Assembly (NCBI GenBank): GCA_951406725.2
Contig: OX597837.1
Location: 19,654,001 to 19,718,000 of the forward strand
Origin: Octopus vulgaris
Lineage: Eukaryota
Length of the DNA stretch: 64,000 nucleotides
Reading direction: 5' to 3'
The notes below the pieces were generated by a model, which did not search any database, was not told the DNA's origin, and was given only the letters and a program-made list of their open reading frames with translations. Positions 41,001-54,875 of this stretch are shown here, one piece after another; within the stretch, counting starts at the first letter, position 1, and each line of letters starts with the position of its first letter. The translations under genes were made by a program, and so were the position numbers.

Positions 41001-42647
41001 TACCTTGGTTTTACCTTATTATTATGCTTTGGCCAGAGCTAGGTTTACCTTGGTTTTACCTTATTATTATGCTTTGGCCAGAGCTAGGTTTACCTTGGTT
41101 TTACCTTATTATTATGCTTTGACCAGAGCTAGGTTTACCTTGGTTTTACCTTATTATTATGCTTTGACCAGAGCTAGGTTTACCTTGGTTTTACCTTATT
41201 ATTATGCTTTGACCAGAGGTAGGTTTACCTTGGTTTTACCTTATTATTATGCTTTGGCCAGAGCTAGGTTTACCTTGGTTTTACCTTATTATTATGCTTT
41301 GACCAGAGCTAGGTTTACCTTGGTTTTACCTTATTATTATGCTTTGGCCAGAGCTAGGTTTACCTTGGTTTTACCTTATTATTATGCTTTGAGCCAGAGC
41401 TAGGTTTACCTTGGTTTTACCTTATTATTATGCTTTGGCCAGAGCTAGGTTTACCTTGGTTTTAGGTTTACCTTATTATTATGCTTTGACCAGAGCTAGG
41501 TTTACCTTGGTTTTACCTTATTATTATGCTTTGACCAGAGCTAGGTTTACCTTGGTTTTACCTTATTATTATGCTTTGGCCAGAGCTAGGTTTATCTTGG
41601 TTTTACCTTATTATTATGCTTTGGCCAGAGCTAGGTTTACCTTGGTTTTACCTTATTATTATGCTTTGGCCAGAGCTAGGTTTATCCTTGGTTTTACCTT
41701 ATTATTATGCTTTGGCCAGAGCTAGGTTTACCTTGGTTTTACCTTATTATTATGCTTTGGCCAGAGCTAGGTTTACCTTGGTTTTACCTTATTATTATGC
41801 TTTGACCAGAGCTAGGTTTACCTTGGTTTTACCTTATTATTATGCTTTGGCCAGAGCTAGGTTTACCTTGGTTTTACCTTATTATTATGCTTTGACCAGA
41901 GCTAGGTTTACCTTGGTTTTACCTTATTATTATGCTTTGACCAGAGCTAGGTTTACCTTGGTTTTACCTTATTATTATGCTTTGGCCAGAGCTAGGTTTA
42001 CCTTGGTTTTACCTTATTATTATGCTTTTAGGTTTACCCAGAGCTAGGTTTACCTTGGTTTTACCTTATTATTATGCTTTGGCCAGAGCTAGGTTTACCT
42101 TGGTTTTACCTTATTATTATGCTTTGGCCAGAGCTAGGTTTACCTTGGTTTTACCTTATTATTATGCTTTGGCCAGAGCTAGGTTTACCTTGGTTTTACC
42201 TTATTATTATGCTTTGGCCAGAGCTAGGTTTACCTTGGTTTTACCTTATTATTATGCTTTGGCCAGAGCTAGGTTTACCTTGGTTTTACCTTATTATTAT
42301 GCTTTGGCCAGAGCTAGGTTTACCTTGGTTTTACCTTATTATTATGCTTTGGCCAGAGCTAGGTTTACCTTGGTTTTACCTTATTATTATGCTTTGGCCA
42401 GAGCTAGGTTTACCTTGGTTTTACCTTATTATTATGCTTTGGCCAGAGCTAGGTTTACCTTGGTTTTACCTTATTATTATGCTTTGGCCAAAGCTAGGTT
42501 TACCTTGGTTTTACCTTATTATTATGCTTTGGCCAGAGCTAGGTTTACCTTGGTTTTACCTTATTATTATGCTTTGGCCAGAGCTAGGTTTACCTTGGTT
42601 TTACCTTATTATTATGCTTTGGCCAGAGCTAGGTTTACCTTGGTTTT
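38097..42647. repeat. 45-bp tandem satellite, about 100 copies
   Basis: Monomer ccttattattatgctttggccagagctaggtttaccttggtttta. Highly homogeneous with a few recurring variants and indels. Confidence 0.98.
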
Positions 42648-43137
42648 GAAATGGCAACGTTACTACTTTTAAGCTTGGTATTTACTCTGTTGATATCTGT
42701 TGCCAAACTACTAGCTTACGGAGATGCAAACAAACCAACGCCAGTTGTCAAGCGGTGGTAGGGCACAAATAAACACACACACGCACACACATACACATAC
42801 ACGGGCTTCTTTCAGTCTCCATCTATCGAATCCACACACTTGCCTATGGTGCCACGTAGTGGGATTGAACCCAGAACCATGTGGTTAGAAAGCAAATCTT
42901 ATATCATACAGTCACACCTATATAATGTAAATCCTTTTAAAATTTCCTGCTTTCAGTCATAGCGCTGTTATTTCAGTCTCGTATTTCTTTTATCGATCTC
43001 TTCATTATCAAATTCTTAGTTATCTTTGGCGTAAATTTTGACGTGCAGTGATTTACATCACAACCTGAGTCGGTCACACATACAGACGGACATATTCGTG
43101 TATATGATATTATGATATATATATATGTGTGTGGGGG

Positions 43138-43183
<46 letters not shown>

Positions 43184-43229
43184 TTGTGTGTGCAAGTGTA
43201 TGTATGTATGTATGTATTACATATAATCC

Positions 43230-43430
43230 TTTCTTCTGGAGGTGCGAGGCCTGAAATTTGGGGGACGGCACTAGCCGATTGCATCGACCCCAGTAGTTCA
43301 CTGGTATTAATTTATTGACACCGAAAGGACGAAAGGCGAAGTCGACCTTGGGTTTGAACACAGAACGTAAAGACGGACGGAATGCTGCTAAGCATTTTCC
43401 CCGGCGTGCTAACGTTTCTACCAACTCGCC
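43230..43430 (-). mobile_element. S1 SINE
   Basis: Reverse complement of the S1 pattern. Confidence 0.75.
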
Positions 43431-45007
43431 GACTTCATATATATATATATATATATATATATACACGCACACACATTATATTAATATCATGTAATGTAAT
43501 ATAATAATATAATGTAATATGATATGATGTAGTATAATATGTGTGTATATATATATATGTATGTATGTATGCATGCATGTATGTAAGTGTATGTATATAT
43601 GTATATGTATGTATTATCAATAGATACAAACATATGTGTATGAATTAGATGTTTTAATACACACACACACACACACACGCATAGATATAACAGTGTCTCC
43701 ATCATTTTCCATTCTTCTTTCCACCAGACATTGGTCATTCATTATTTCTCATAAATTACTTGCACTGAATGACTCTTGAAAATTTCAACCCATCTTAACT
43801 GGAATTTTTTTTTCTTTTTTCTTATCTGATTCCTCAAGAGTTATATCTGTAAAGAACCTATTTAGCCGCCAGATTTCGTCATAGAGTAATTCTTCATCTA
43901 AAGAGCAGATATTAAAGCTTTCTCTAATTTAAAAACGAATCTAAAGTTTTGCTTTCATGTATTTTCAAAGGTGTTAGACATTTAAATTTACAGTGTTTTT
44001 AGTTGTAACATTTTTGAAGATTGTTCAACGCAGTTGAAAAAAAAAAAAAGAAAAAGATTCCTTAGCGTCGACTTGGAATCGATTTGCTGCATTATCGCTG
44101 TCGCATTTCTTTAGCTTTGCTCTAGCTATACTACCAAAAAATTGATCATGTTTTCTATTTTATTAAATATTGTCTTACATCATTCATAAATTTATATATT
44201 TTAACAAGTATATCCTTTCTCTCTCTACTGCCGCTATAACTAACGGGAAAACAGAGCAGACATTTATAAAAAAAACTATCCCAAATAAGCTGCAGCTAAT
44301 TTATCTTACTGAAAATAAATGAATTGTAGAAGTAGATTGTTGCGATAGAAGATAGGATTCAACTGTTTCAAGTTGTGATTTTTTTCCTTTTGCAAGCCGT
44401 TCAACGAGTTGGCACTTGACGTAATATCTCACGCCATTCTATCTTCATAAGTCAAAAATCTCTTTTCACTGAGCAGTCTTCTTTGATGAATTAAATTCAT
44501 TTGATAGTAAAACTGTAGAATGCAGGGAAACACATGATGTTTTATGGCGAGAAATAATGACAAAATACTTCAAAAGGTGGAATGTATTTGAAGTCATCAG
44601 AAAGAAGTCAAACGTTTTGAAGACTTCCTCTTCCTTGGAGATGAGGAGAGAATCATTTATATGGAAGGGAAAAAGAGGCGAGTCCTTTCCTGGTTGATGG
44701 GTCTCCTCGTTTTGTCTCCTTAGTGGAATGTACAAGGAGAGCGCAGAGATTGTTGTGAGAAAAGTGAAAGAGAGAGAGGTAAGACTTATATAGTTATAGG
44801 TGGTTGACAGAGAGTGAAGTAGGCAGAGAGAGGGGGATAGAGAGAGTGGGGATAGAGAGAGAAAGGAACGAAGAGTGTGGAAAAAGAGGTGAGGAAGAGA
44901 CAGGAAGTTGTGACGGCAGAATCTGTCCGATTATAAGCAAAACAACAAGGATAATGTATGTTTGTGTATATATATAACATTGGTAGCTAATTCGTTATCT
45001 TACAAGC

Positions 45008-45238
45008 TTATTTCTTTACTGCCCACAAGGGGCTAAACACAGAGAGGACAAACAAGGACAGACAGACGGATTAAGTCGATTATATCGACCCCAGTGCGTA
45101 ACTGGTACTTAATTTATCGACCCCGAAAGGATGAAAGGCAAGGTCGACCTCGGCGGAATTTGAACTCAGAACGTAACGGCAGACGAAATACTGCTAAGCA
45201 TTTCGCCCGGCGTGCTAACGTGTCTGCCAGCTCGCCGT
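45008..45238 (-). mobile_element. S1 SINE, well-preserved copy
   Basis: Reverse complement reads gacggcgagctggcagacacgttagcacgccgggcgaaatgcttag...gttcaaattccgccgaggtcgac...cctttcggggtcgataaattaagtaccag. Confidence 0.85.
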
Positions 45239-45281
45239 CATATACACTTTTTACAATCTCTTTTACAATCTAAAGGCAGAA

Positions 45282-45520
45282 ATATAGACGTCACTAAAGC
45301 GACAAAGGGCTCTGATCGGCATCAGTATTGCTAGAAATAAGAGTCAAAACAGCGCAATAGCCGCGAATGCACCATTTTAATGACTGACAAGTGCTGTAGG
45401 GAGATGCATCCCTTGTCAGTCATTAAGATAGAGCTTTCCGTGACTATTGAGCTGTTTTGACTCTTATTTCTAACAATACTGATACTGATCAGAGCCCTTT
45501 GTCAATTTAGTGAGGTCTAT
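45282..45520. repeat. Fold-back element with ~110 bp arms and a ~20 nt loop
   Basis: atatagacgtcactaaa...aatgactgacaag pairs with cttgtcagtcatt...tttagtgaggtctatat. Confidence 0.85.
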
Positions 45521-45656
45521 ATATATATATATGTTCATTATGAGGTTATTTAGCCCTCTTATAGGGGTAGTTTTATCCAAGATACCCTGGTTTAATATAT
45601 TTTGAAGAGATATTTCTTCAATGAATATATTATAAAACATAAATATTATTAGTAAG

Positions 45657-47455
45657 TTTGAAAATGGAGAGTTTCAATGGATATAAATTAATTTATCAAT
45701 TAATTAACATTGCCTACAATTGTTTCACTTCAAACCCAATTTAAATTCCGAAACATATTTAATAGTATAAATTTGTATTTTGAGTATCCTTGATGGAAGA
45801 TCTTCAGTGCAAAATGGACATTACAGAGTTTACATTTTGATCAGTTGAAATACTCCAACAGACTAATCAGATGAAAGCATGCTTATTGTGTGTGTGTGTG
45901 TGGGGGGGCGCATGTACTAATATTTTATATTTTTTATTTAAATACAATAATAATGAATTAAAGTATATAAGAATAAAAATAAAGGATAGAAATAAAGATT
46001 AATCATAAATAATGAAAATAATGAAATATATTAATAAGAATAAATAAAAGAAAATGGATGTCGATGGTCCATTTTGGTTTATGTGTGCGTGTATGTTCAT
46101 GTGTTTATATGTGTATATACGTGTATATACGTATATATACGTATATATGTGTATATACGTATTTAAGTTAATTTATGCGTACGTATGAGTGAATGTGTGT
46201 CGGCATAAGGTTACTGAATACAAGTGTGGATGTCATCGTTTATGTATGTGTGTTTCTGTATGCTTTTATAGATCCTTAAGTTGCTTTATTAAATGGTAAG
46301 TGTGTATGTATATTAGAAAAAGGCTATCGAATATTTCTATAACTATATATGGATATTCGTACCCCATTTTAGTTTATGTATGATTGTTTACGACTGTGTG
46401 TATATATATAGATGTTTACTAAGTTGATTTATGCGTGCATAAGTGTGTATGTATGTCAGTAACGTGTTATGAAGTCAAATGAGTTTGTTAATATACATAT
46501 ATATTCCCTTATATGCTTGTATCTAATTCACGAAAAAAGTCAATAATAGAAGTCAATCATAATTATTATAATAGTAAGATAATTAATAACGTAATTATAA
46601 TTGTATTTAATTATTGATTCATAGTTTATTCTATATAACATTATACATTTACGTGTGTGTGTGTGTGAGAACACATTTATGCATACGGACTTACGTTATA
46701 CGCATTTAAGCCTAGTACGTAGATATATTAAGTGCATTACGTCACCAAGATTAGTGCTATCGATAGATTTATAATATTTTCATCTAAGATAAGATATATC
46801 ATATTGTCTGATTAATTAATATAGATGAATACCCAATATTATTAAATTGATATTTAAGTATTATATTATACAATATATGGTATATATTATTTATATTACT
46901 TTTATCCTATGCTTAGTTTGTAAATTAAGTTATACTTATATTATGCTTATATCATTAATGCTTATTTTTATTTATTTAATTTTATTAAATTTTCTAAAAT
47001 ATACAAGTTAAAATAGTCATTCTTTCTGAGCTAATTAATTTGTGTTTAGATATTATATATTTTATGGCTATTATATATTATACTTATATTTCTAATGTCC
47101 AGTTTTGTTATTTATTATTTATTTATTTATTGATCATGGACAGCCATGTTTTGTAAAAAAGAACTTTATTTCATTTTTATTTTATTTTATATATTTTTTA
47201 TTATTAATATAACATTTCCTTATTTTCATTATGATCTAACAGAATCGTAAGCAAACTGGTGAAATGCTTAATCGTATTTTGCCCGTCGCTATATTCTGGG
47301 TTCAAATTTCGCCGAGATCGACTTTGCTGTTCATCCTTTCGGGGTCGATAAAATAAGTACCATTTCAACACTGGGGTCAATGTAATCGACTCATCCCCTC
47401 CCCCAAATTACTGCCCTTGTGACAAAATTTGAAACCATTATTATTATTATTATTA

Positions 47456-47538
<83 letters not shown>

Positions 47539-47539
47539 T

Positions 47540-47570
<31 letters not shown>

Positions 47571-47856
47571 AAGTAGTAGTACAGCAGCAGTAGTAGTAGT
47601 AGTGTTGTTTTTAAAGAAAAACACAATAAAAACGATTTCATCTGCTTAATCTGTTGGAGTGTTTCAACTGATCAAAATGTAAACTCTGTAATGTCCATTT
47701 TGCACTGAAGATCTTCCACCCAGGGTACTCAGAATACAAATTTATACTATTATATATGTTTCGGAATTTAAATTGGGTGCGAAGTGAAACAATTGCAGGT
47801 AATGTTAATTAATTGATAAATTCATCTATATCCATTGAATATCTCCATTTTCAAAC
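45657..47856. mobile_element. 2.2 kb span bounded by ~220 bp inverted hammerhead-bearing arms
   Basis: 45657-45878 is the reverse complement of 47636-47856. The arms carry ttgca-CTGAAGA-t-cttc..tgggt..gaag-t-GAAA-caattGTA (left, minus strand) or GCA (right). Confidence 0.8.
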
Positions 47857-47957
47857 GTATTCATATATATATATATATATATATATATACACGCATATAT
47901 ACATATACATACATACGTACATTTATATATACATATACATACATATATTAATATATA

Positions 47958-48017
<60 letters not shown>

Positions 48018-48103
48018 CATACATACATACATACATACATACATACATACATACATACATACATACATACATACATACATTTATATATATATACACACAC
48101 ATA

Positions 48104-48292
48104 CGAGGTAGTTTTGAAAAGTTCCTCACTTTATGGGTGTTGCGAAATACCTGGTTGGAGGCAGAATCTTCTGGAGGAACGCTGCAATAAGAGTGTGAAT
48201 CTGAGAAGGGAATATGTTGAATAAAAGCATAATTAATTGATCCTCCTATATTTTCTTTTATGCAAAGTTAGGAGCTGTTCAGTACCCACTCG
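48104..48292. mobile_element. mariner-type MITE, inverted sister of 8396-8585
   Basis: TA-flanked, similar TIRs and a shared internal segment in the opposite orientation. Confidence 0.8.
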
Positions 48293-49010
48293 TATACCTT
48301 TTCTATCTTACCTTACACTTGTTTTAGTCATTAGACTGCGGCCGAGCTGCAGCACCGCCTTCAAGAATTTTAATCGAAAGAATTTACTCCAAAACTTATT
48401 AATTCTTAAACCTGGTTCTCATTCTATCGTCTTTTATCAAACCGCAGTTAAGGGGGTATAAACACACAAACGCACACATTTAAGAGGGACTTATTTCAGT
48501 TTCCGTCTACCAAATCTAATCACAAGGCTTTGGTTGGCTGCACTAGTAGAAGTCACTTGCTAAGGTGTCACGCAGAACCATGTGGTTGAGAAAAAGACTT
48601 ATCACACGGCCACGCCTGCACTTATATGTGTGTGAAATAATACATCGTTAGCAATAGAGAGGAGAAATAATGAAGAATTATTTGATTTGGAACCACAAAT
48701 GCAAAAATAGTGTTCTGTGTAAACCGGAGAGATAAATACGAAATATCTTTCATCTTTTATCTTCTATGTATTGCAGTAATTTAATTGCGCCCATGCTAGG
48801 GCACCACCTTGAAGCGTTTTAGTCGAACAAATCGACCCCAAGACTATTTTTTTAAAGCCTAGTAATTATTTTATCGGTCATTTTTGCCGAACCGCTAAGT
48901 TAGGAGGTCGCAAACACATCAATACCGGTTGTGAAGCGGTGGTGGGGACAAACACAGACAGAAAGGCGCACACGCATAGAGACATGCATCCATGCATCCA
49001 TGCATCCATG

Positions 49011-49046
<36 letters not shown>

Positions 49047-49869
49047 CCCGTAACTTAGCGGTTCGGAAAAGTGGCCGATAGAATTGGTACCAGGATTTTA
49101 AAAAAAACTTAAATGGTGGGATTGATTCATTCGACTAAAAGTTCTTCAGGGCAGTGCCCCAGCATGGCCACAGTTCAGTGACTGAAACATATAAGAGATA
49201 AATGATAAAAGGTAAGACAATGAGAGGTGGTGAGAGTAGTTTGGGAGTTGTACCGCGGAGAATGAAATAAGCTGTGTGTGAGGTGTGGCAGATGTAGGTC
49301 AATCGAGAGGAGGGGGAGATGAGGGGTTTCGAGCCAAGAAGGTGTAAGGAGAATGCAAGGCAAGATATTCGTAGATTGACATAGAAAATGGTAAAGAGGC
49401 AAACATAAAAGAAAAACTGTGGAGAAAGGGAATGGCTGGGGGAAGAAGGCGGGGAATGCGATCACTAAGGATTGGTCAGCAGAGAATATGGAATTTTTAA
49501 GAATTATGGTTTCTACAAGGAGTGTTGGGAATTATAATAAAGACAGAATTACACAGAGAAGGGTTGGCCAGGAATGTATATTAAGTTCATGACACGACAA
49601 GCAGAGAGGAGTGTGGAAATGATGAATAGAATACAGAAACATATATGTATGTATACATACACACAGATACATACACTCACACATACACACACACGCACAA
49701 GTATATATACACATACACACACACATATATATATATACATTTATGCACACAAACATATATATACACATAAACATACACATACATGCATATATATTGTTAT
49801 GTGTGCATCTATAGGTGCATATACATATATGTATGTGCATATATGTATGCGTGTATATATATATATATA

Positions 49870-50504
49870 TCTATATATATAAAACTGTAGTTGTGTGAGT
49901 GTCTGTCCCCTTCGATTTAGATTCCTAACCACTCCCACATTTTGTGGTGCAGTTTAACCAAATTCGAGTATCTTATAGTCGTGATTCACATCGAGCCCTT
50001 CTGGGTATTAGCGCGCGTCTACGATGAGTCTACGATTTTTAAAATAATTTAACATCATTTTTTATTCCATTTTAATGCATAATTTTTCGTGTGTCGATGG
50101 CGGCGGAGTTGGCGTCCACGCTCACACCTGCACCTGTGGGGAAGGGAGTGTAAGGAAATCAACGTCGTAATGCGTTGTCAAGGAGACCAGCGTTCTTTTA
50201 GAACAACGACTTCATGGCTTGAAGACACCAAAACAGAAATGGCTAAGAAAGCGTCTACATGAGTCTACGATTTAAAAAAAAATTTACCATCATTTTTTCC
50301 ATTTTAATGCATTTTTTCGCTATTATATAAGGGAAGTAACTCTCTAAAAATATCTACGATGAGTCAACGATTTAAAAAAAAATTACCATCATTTTTTATT
50401 CCATTTTTAATGCATTTTTTTTGCTATTTTTTTGCTATAACTCTAAAAATGCTTATATAGTTATTTCCCTTACAAACCCGAGCAACGCCGGGCGATACTG
50501 CTAG
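49870..50504 (+). mobile_element. Non-autonomous Helitron
   Basis: 5' TC(tatatatataaaa), 3' hairpin cccg-agcaacgc-cggg then CTAG, inserted between A and T. Three internal tctacgatgagtc repeats. Confidence 0.9.
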
Positions 50505-50701
50505 TATATATATATATATATATGAAAAAGTATATAACTATATCTATATATATATATTGGGCATTATAATTAATTTTGCTGCATAAAATGAAGGGTGCTG
50601 GAGACAGATGTTAAGGCGCAGTGGAAGCCAATACCGGTTTCAGCAAGGCTCAACACCACATTTCAGAACACAGGTAACCTAAAAATGGATACCAGACGAT
50701 A

Positions 50702-50746
50702 CACACGGACTCGAGTTTCTGGGTATTGGCCCGTCATCAGCGTGTG
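50702..50746 (-). ncRNA. Minimal type I hammerhead ribozyme, canonical core
   Basis: Minus strand: cacacg-CTGATGA-c-ggg-ccaata-ccc-a-GAAA-ctcgaGTC-cgtgtg; 6-bp stem I and palindromic actcgagt stem III. Confidence 0.85.
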
Positions 50747-52464
50747 ACAATCAGCGGTTGTCGAGGAAAAGTAGGCCTCCCTTAGCAAATATATATATCC
50801 TTTTCCCAGTGACGAAAAGTCACTGATATCGAACACCATGACTGATGAGGGTAGCATTAATTCTCTATATCGTTCAATTTTTCTCAATCAATCAATATAC
50901 CTCCTAGATAAATATGTAAGCACTTAGCGGCTATACAACCTCGGCTATGTCGAACAATCAGAGACCATTAAATCCGAATAGGATTTACATCTGCTGTAAT
51001 ACTTCCAGTGGTATAAGTAAATCACTTAGAAGAATTCTGAAAAATTCTGGAGTATATTAAAAGACATTAACTACCACGAAAAATTACACAACATCAATAC
51101 AAGATCACATCACAGAAAGGCCAACTGGTATTTCTATTACGTTAGCATTTTTGTAGAAATTATATATTAATTGAATGGTACAATATTGAAATCGGCCCAT
51201 ATTGTTTCGATTATGATATCAAATATATCCAAAACTTATGCAAATATGTTTTCAAGACAATCTGCACGGCTGTGAATCCAAGGAAAACTGAAATCTTTTG
51301 CATCAAAATATTGGTTTCTATCACTTTATTGGTTTCAGTGATATTTAAATTTGCTTCTTGTTCACCTAAATAGCCTGTTATCGTTATGCACTGAGATATC
51401 ATGTTTGCTAATTTATTTATTCAATGTCCATTGAGTTCATCTTAAGTTTAAATAGTAAACTGACCTTTTCTTAGCATATATTTCATTTCAGCTTTGTATC
51501 GTTATGCATTCCTGCTGCTTGATTTTAATGATCCCTACACAGGCGATAGTAAACGCCTTTGTAATTGTAGGAAACGCCTTAGATGCCCTCTAGAAAATCA
51601 GAGCTTAAAGAAGAATCTAATATATCAATATAGTGGGGACTTTACATACTATTACATAGTTTCGTCCGCCACAGTCTTTAAATCTAAGTTATATAACCAT
51701 TTTTCTTTATTTAAATTTAGGAGCAAGATTAATTCTACTAGCCTTAGAGAATGTATTTTGGATCTAAAGGACAAGATCATCAATTACGATATAAAATAGC
51801 TCATTGTAAGCGATGCTTCACCGTACAATACTTACTTAGAAAGTTTATTAAATTTATTAAATTCTACAAGTGATCTAACAATGAGTTGCTCCTATAGGTA
51901 AAGAAAAACCTTCTAATATTTCATTAGGGAATAACACCTTTATACTAGTTTATTCTTTGATTAAATGGGGTGGGGTACATTTATAACCCTTTTGTTTTTT
52001 GCATTTCTTATATCCTTTCCTCCAATTTTTGACAATTGCTTTTTTTTCTTCAATTACTTGATTTGGATTGTGTTACGTTTTACTTCTGCATCTTTGTTTA
52101 TTCTTTCTTTTCAATTTTCTTTTTCTGCTAATTTTCCGTCCTTGATTTTTTTCCCTTCCACTTCTCCAGACACAGATCTTAGCTTTTCTATTGTTGATTT
52201 TATATTCATTATTATCTTTTACTATGAATATGTTCATTTACTGAATCCAATGATATGATGATCCGAGAAAGTAAAATCGGATATAGCCCACATGAAGTTC
52301 CACACCCCTCAAAAGCCTAGAACTCCCGAACTAGGGCTCCATTACCGAATGCAGTTTAAAGTCAGACCCCAGGGCTGTACATATTAGTGATTATAAAACT
52401 TAATCACAATACATTTTAATGACTGTACACCTTAGTTGCTGTAATGATTGTATATCTGTTAAAG

Positions 52465-52888
52465 CAACAGGTCGGATATTGTCATATTGAATAATATAGA
52501 CGAATACCGTCAAATCATTGATGTAGCCATACCAAATGACATGCATTTTGTGAGACAAGAGGTTGAAATAAAAATCACCAAGTACTCCGAATTGAAAGTG
52601 AAAATGGCAAGACTATATGAAATGCGAGAGGGTAATGTAAAAGTGATACCAGTGGTGATCGTGGCGTTGAGCTCAATCCCATTGAAACTTCAAGACTTCA
52701 TAAGGCAACTGGAAATCCCATGCAACAATGATGTCTTGCAAAAAGCAGCTTTATTGGGCGCAGCGCACATTTTAAGGAAAGTATTGTCTGTCTGAGGTCC
52801 TTGTTGTGACTTGACAAATGACTAAAGACTCCGGTGTTACGAATGAATAATAATAATATTATTATTAATAATAATAATAATAATAATT
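52465..52888 (+). mobile_element. R4/Dong-type RLE 3' fragment with (TAA)n tail
   Basis: RSDIVIL..IIDVAIPND..KITKYSELK..VKVIPVVIVALSSIP..LQKAALLGAAHILRKVLSV*, then a short UTR and (TAA)n. Confidence 0.88.
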
Positions 52889-53168
52889 TCTATTATGGGC
52901 TCAAGATCTGAAATTTTGTAGAAGATGTAGCGTCCCCATCGCTCACTCAGCTGGTATTTATTTTTATCGAATTCCGAAAACAAGAAAGGCGCAGTCAACC
53001 TCGATGATATTTGAACTCAGAAAGTAAATAGCCAGAAAAAATACTGCTAAGCATTTTGTTCGACGCGCTAACGATGTTGCCAGCACGCCGGCTAATAACT
53101 TACTCACATAATCACATGGCTGACTTGTCTTAAAAACACTTCTGCTTTGTCTGTAATGTACCGCTTAG

Positions 53169-53257
<89 letters not shown>

Positions 53258-53370
53258 TTATAATTTATTTATATACATATATATATATATATATATATAC
53301 AGACATACATATATATATATATACATACAGACAGACAGACATACATATATATATATATACATACATACAG

Positions 53371-53416
<46 letters not shown>

Positions 53417-53835
53417 GTATGTAAATGTATATATAGCATTCATTTTCCAATTTTCATAAGTGTTCCATAGTTAATTGCATTGCATTCAACTACTAAAGTT
53501 CCTCTCAGCATCAGATATTTGATTAATACACGACGTATAGTGTTTAACTTAGTTCATTTATTATATATAGCAATCTCCTTTTTCAATAAAAAATTATCTC
53601 GTCATACACCGAGATTCAGATTCCTATATTATAATCTATCAAATGATTCAATTATTATTGCTCAATAATTTCAGTTTGGTAGAAAAATCTGGCAGTCTTA
53701 TTTTTATGTAAACCTAAATAAATCTAATAAGGTCACGATTGTTGAATTTCATCTATATTTTCTGTACTCTTAATTATTTTTGGATGTGCTCGCATGTACA
53801 TGCATATACATATATGAATACACACATGTACACAA

Positions 53836-53892
<57 letters not shown>

Positions 53893-53922
53893 TATACACA
53901 TATACATACATACATACATACA

Positions 53923-53958
<36 letters not shown>

Positions 53959-53969
53959 TATACATATAC

Positions 53970-54022
<53 letters not shown>

Positions 54023-54485
54023 CACACACATATACATATATATATATATATACAGAGAGAGAGACCCAATATAGGTAGAATCAACGAAATGTACGCCATC
54101 TTGGGAGAGATAAATATTAATTTAATACCGAAAGAGCTACTAATAGTCTCATAATTTTAAGACACTTTAAACTGGCACATTTGTAAAATAGGCCGTGTAT
54201 CTGCGAGCAACCTTTCAAGCTCTGTTTATTCGTGAAATATATTTTTAATACAAGGATAATGGGCAATGACATATTAAGAAAAAATAGCGAGAAGAAAAAC
54301 GCGAAGAAGTTCGGTGCAACGCAATCTGGAGCGGGTGGTGTGTTCCAGTTAGACAAAACAAACCTGTCCATGTGTTTGCATCTGCTAAAAACCTTGATCA
54401 GTAATTAAGCAGTGTGGTGGAATTCTTGGATCTAAGAAGAATATAACATCTCTGTGCTACGCAAGAGTTGCATTTTTTAGATCTA

Positions 54486-54862
54486 CACTTGCGTCAGAAA
54501 TTAATTAGCACTTCTCAAATTTCTACATTAAATAGGTTAAATCAATTAACCTATGAGCTGTTCAAAACGTCTTACGCGATGAGAAAACTTAGTATGGTGT
54601 GATTTCGGTCCTTGCGAGGCGCTACCTATATCTATTAAACAAAGGAAGATTTGTCTGCATCCGCACTCCAAGTTGTTGCACTGCTATGTCAACATCATAA
54701 GGCTGTAGACTCTCAAACTGCTCTGCAAACAAAGTTACGTCATCGTTCTGCGCAACAGTGAACTCGCAACAAAGCAATAGTTCGAGATATGGCCACTAGG
54801 TGACAGCACATACCTTGAGTGAAGAGCAAATCAAGGGTGCTAATTAATTTCTGACGGTAGTG
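54486..54862. mobile_element. Tc1-like MITE
   Basis: TIRs cacttgcgtcagaaattaattagcac / gtgctaattaatttctgacggtagtg, TA on both sides. Confidence 0.85.
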
Positions 54863-54875
54863 TATTAATATATGG

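Noticed and set aside
38097-42647. CRISPR array
   Set aside because: The repeats are contiguous with no unique spacers, there are no cas genes, and the context is eukaryotic.
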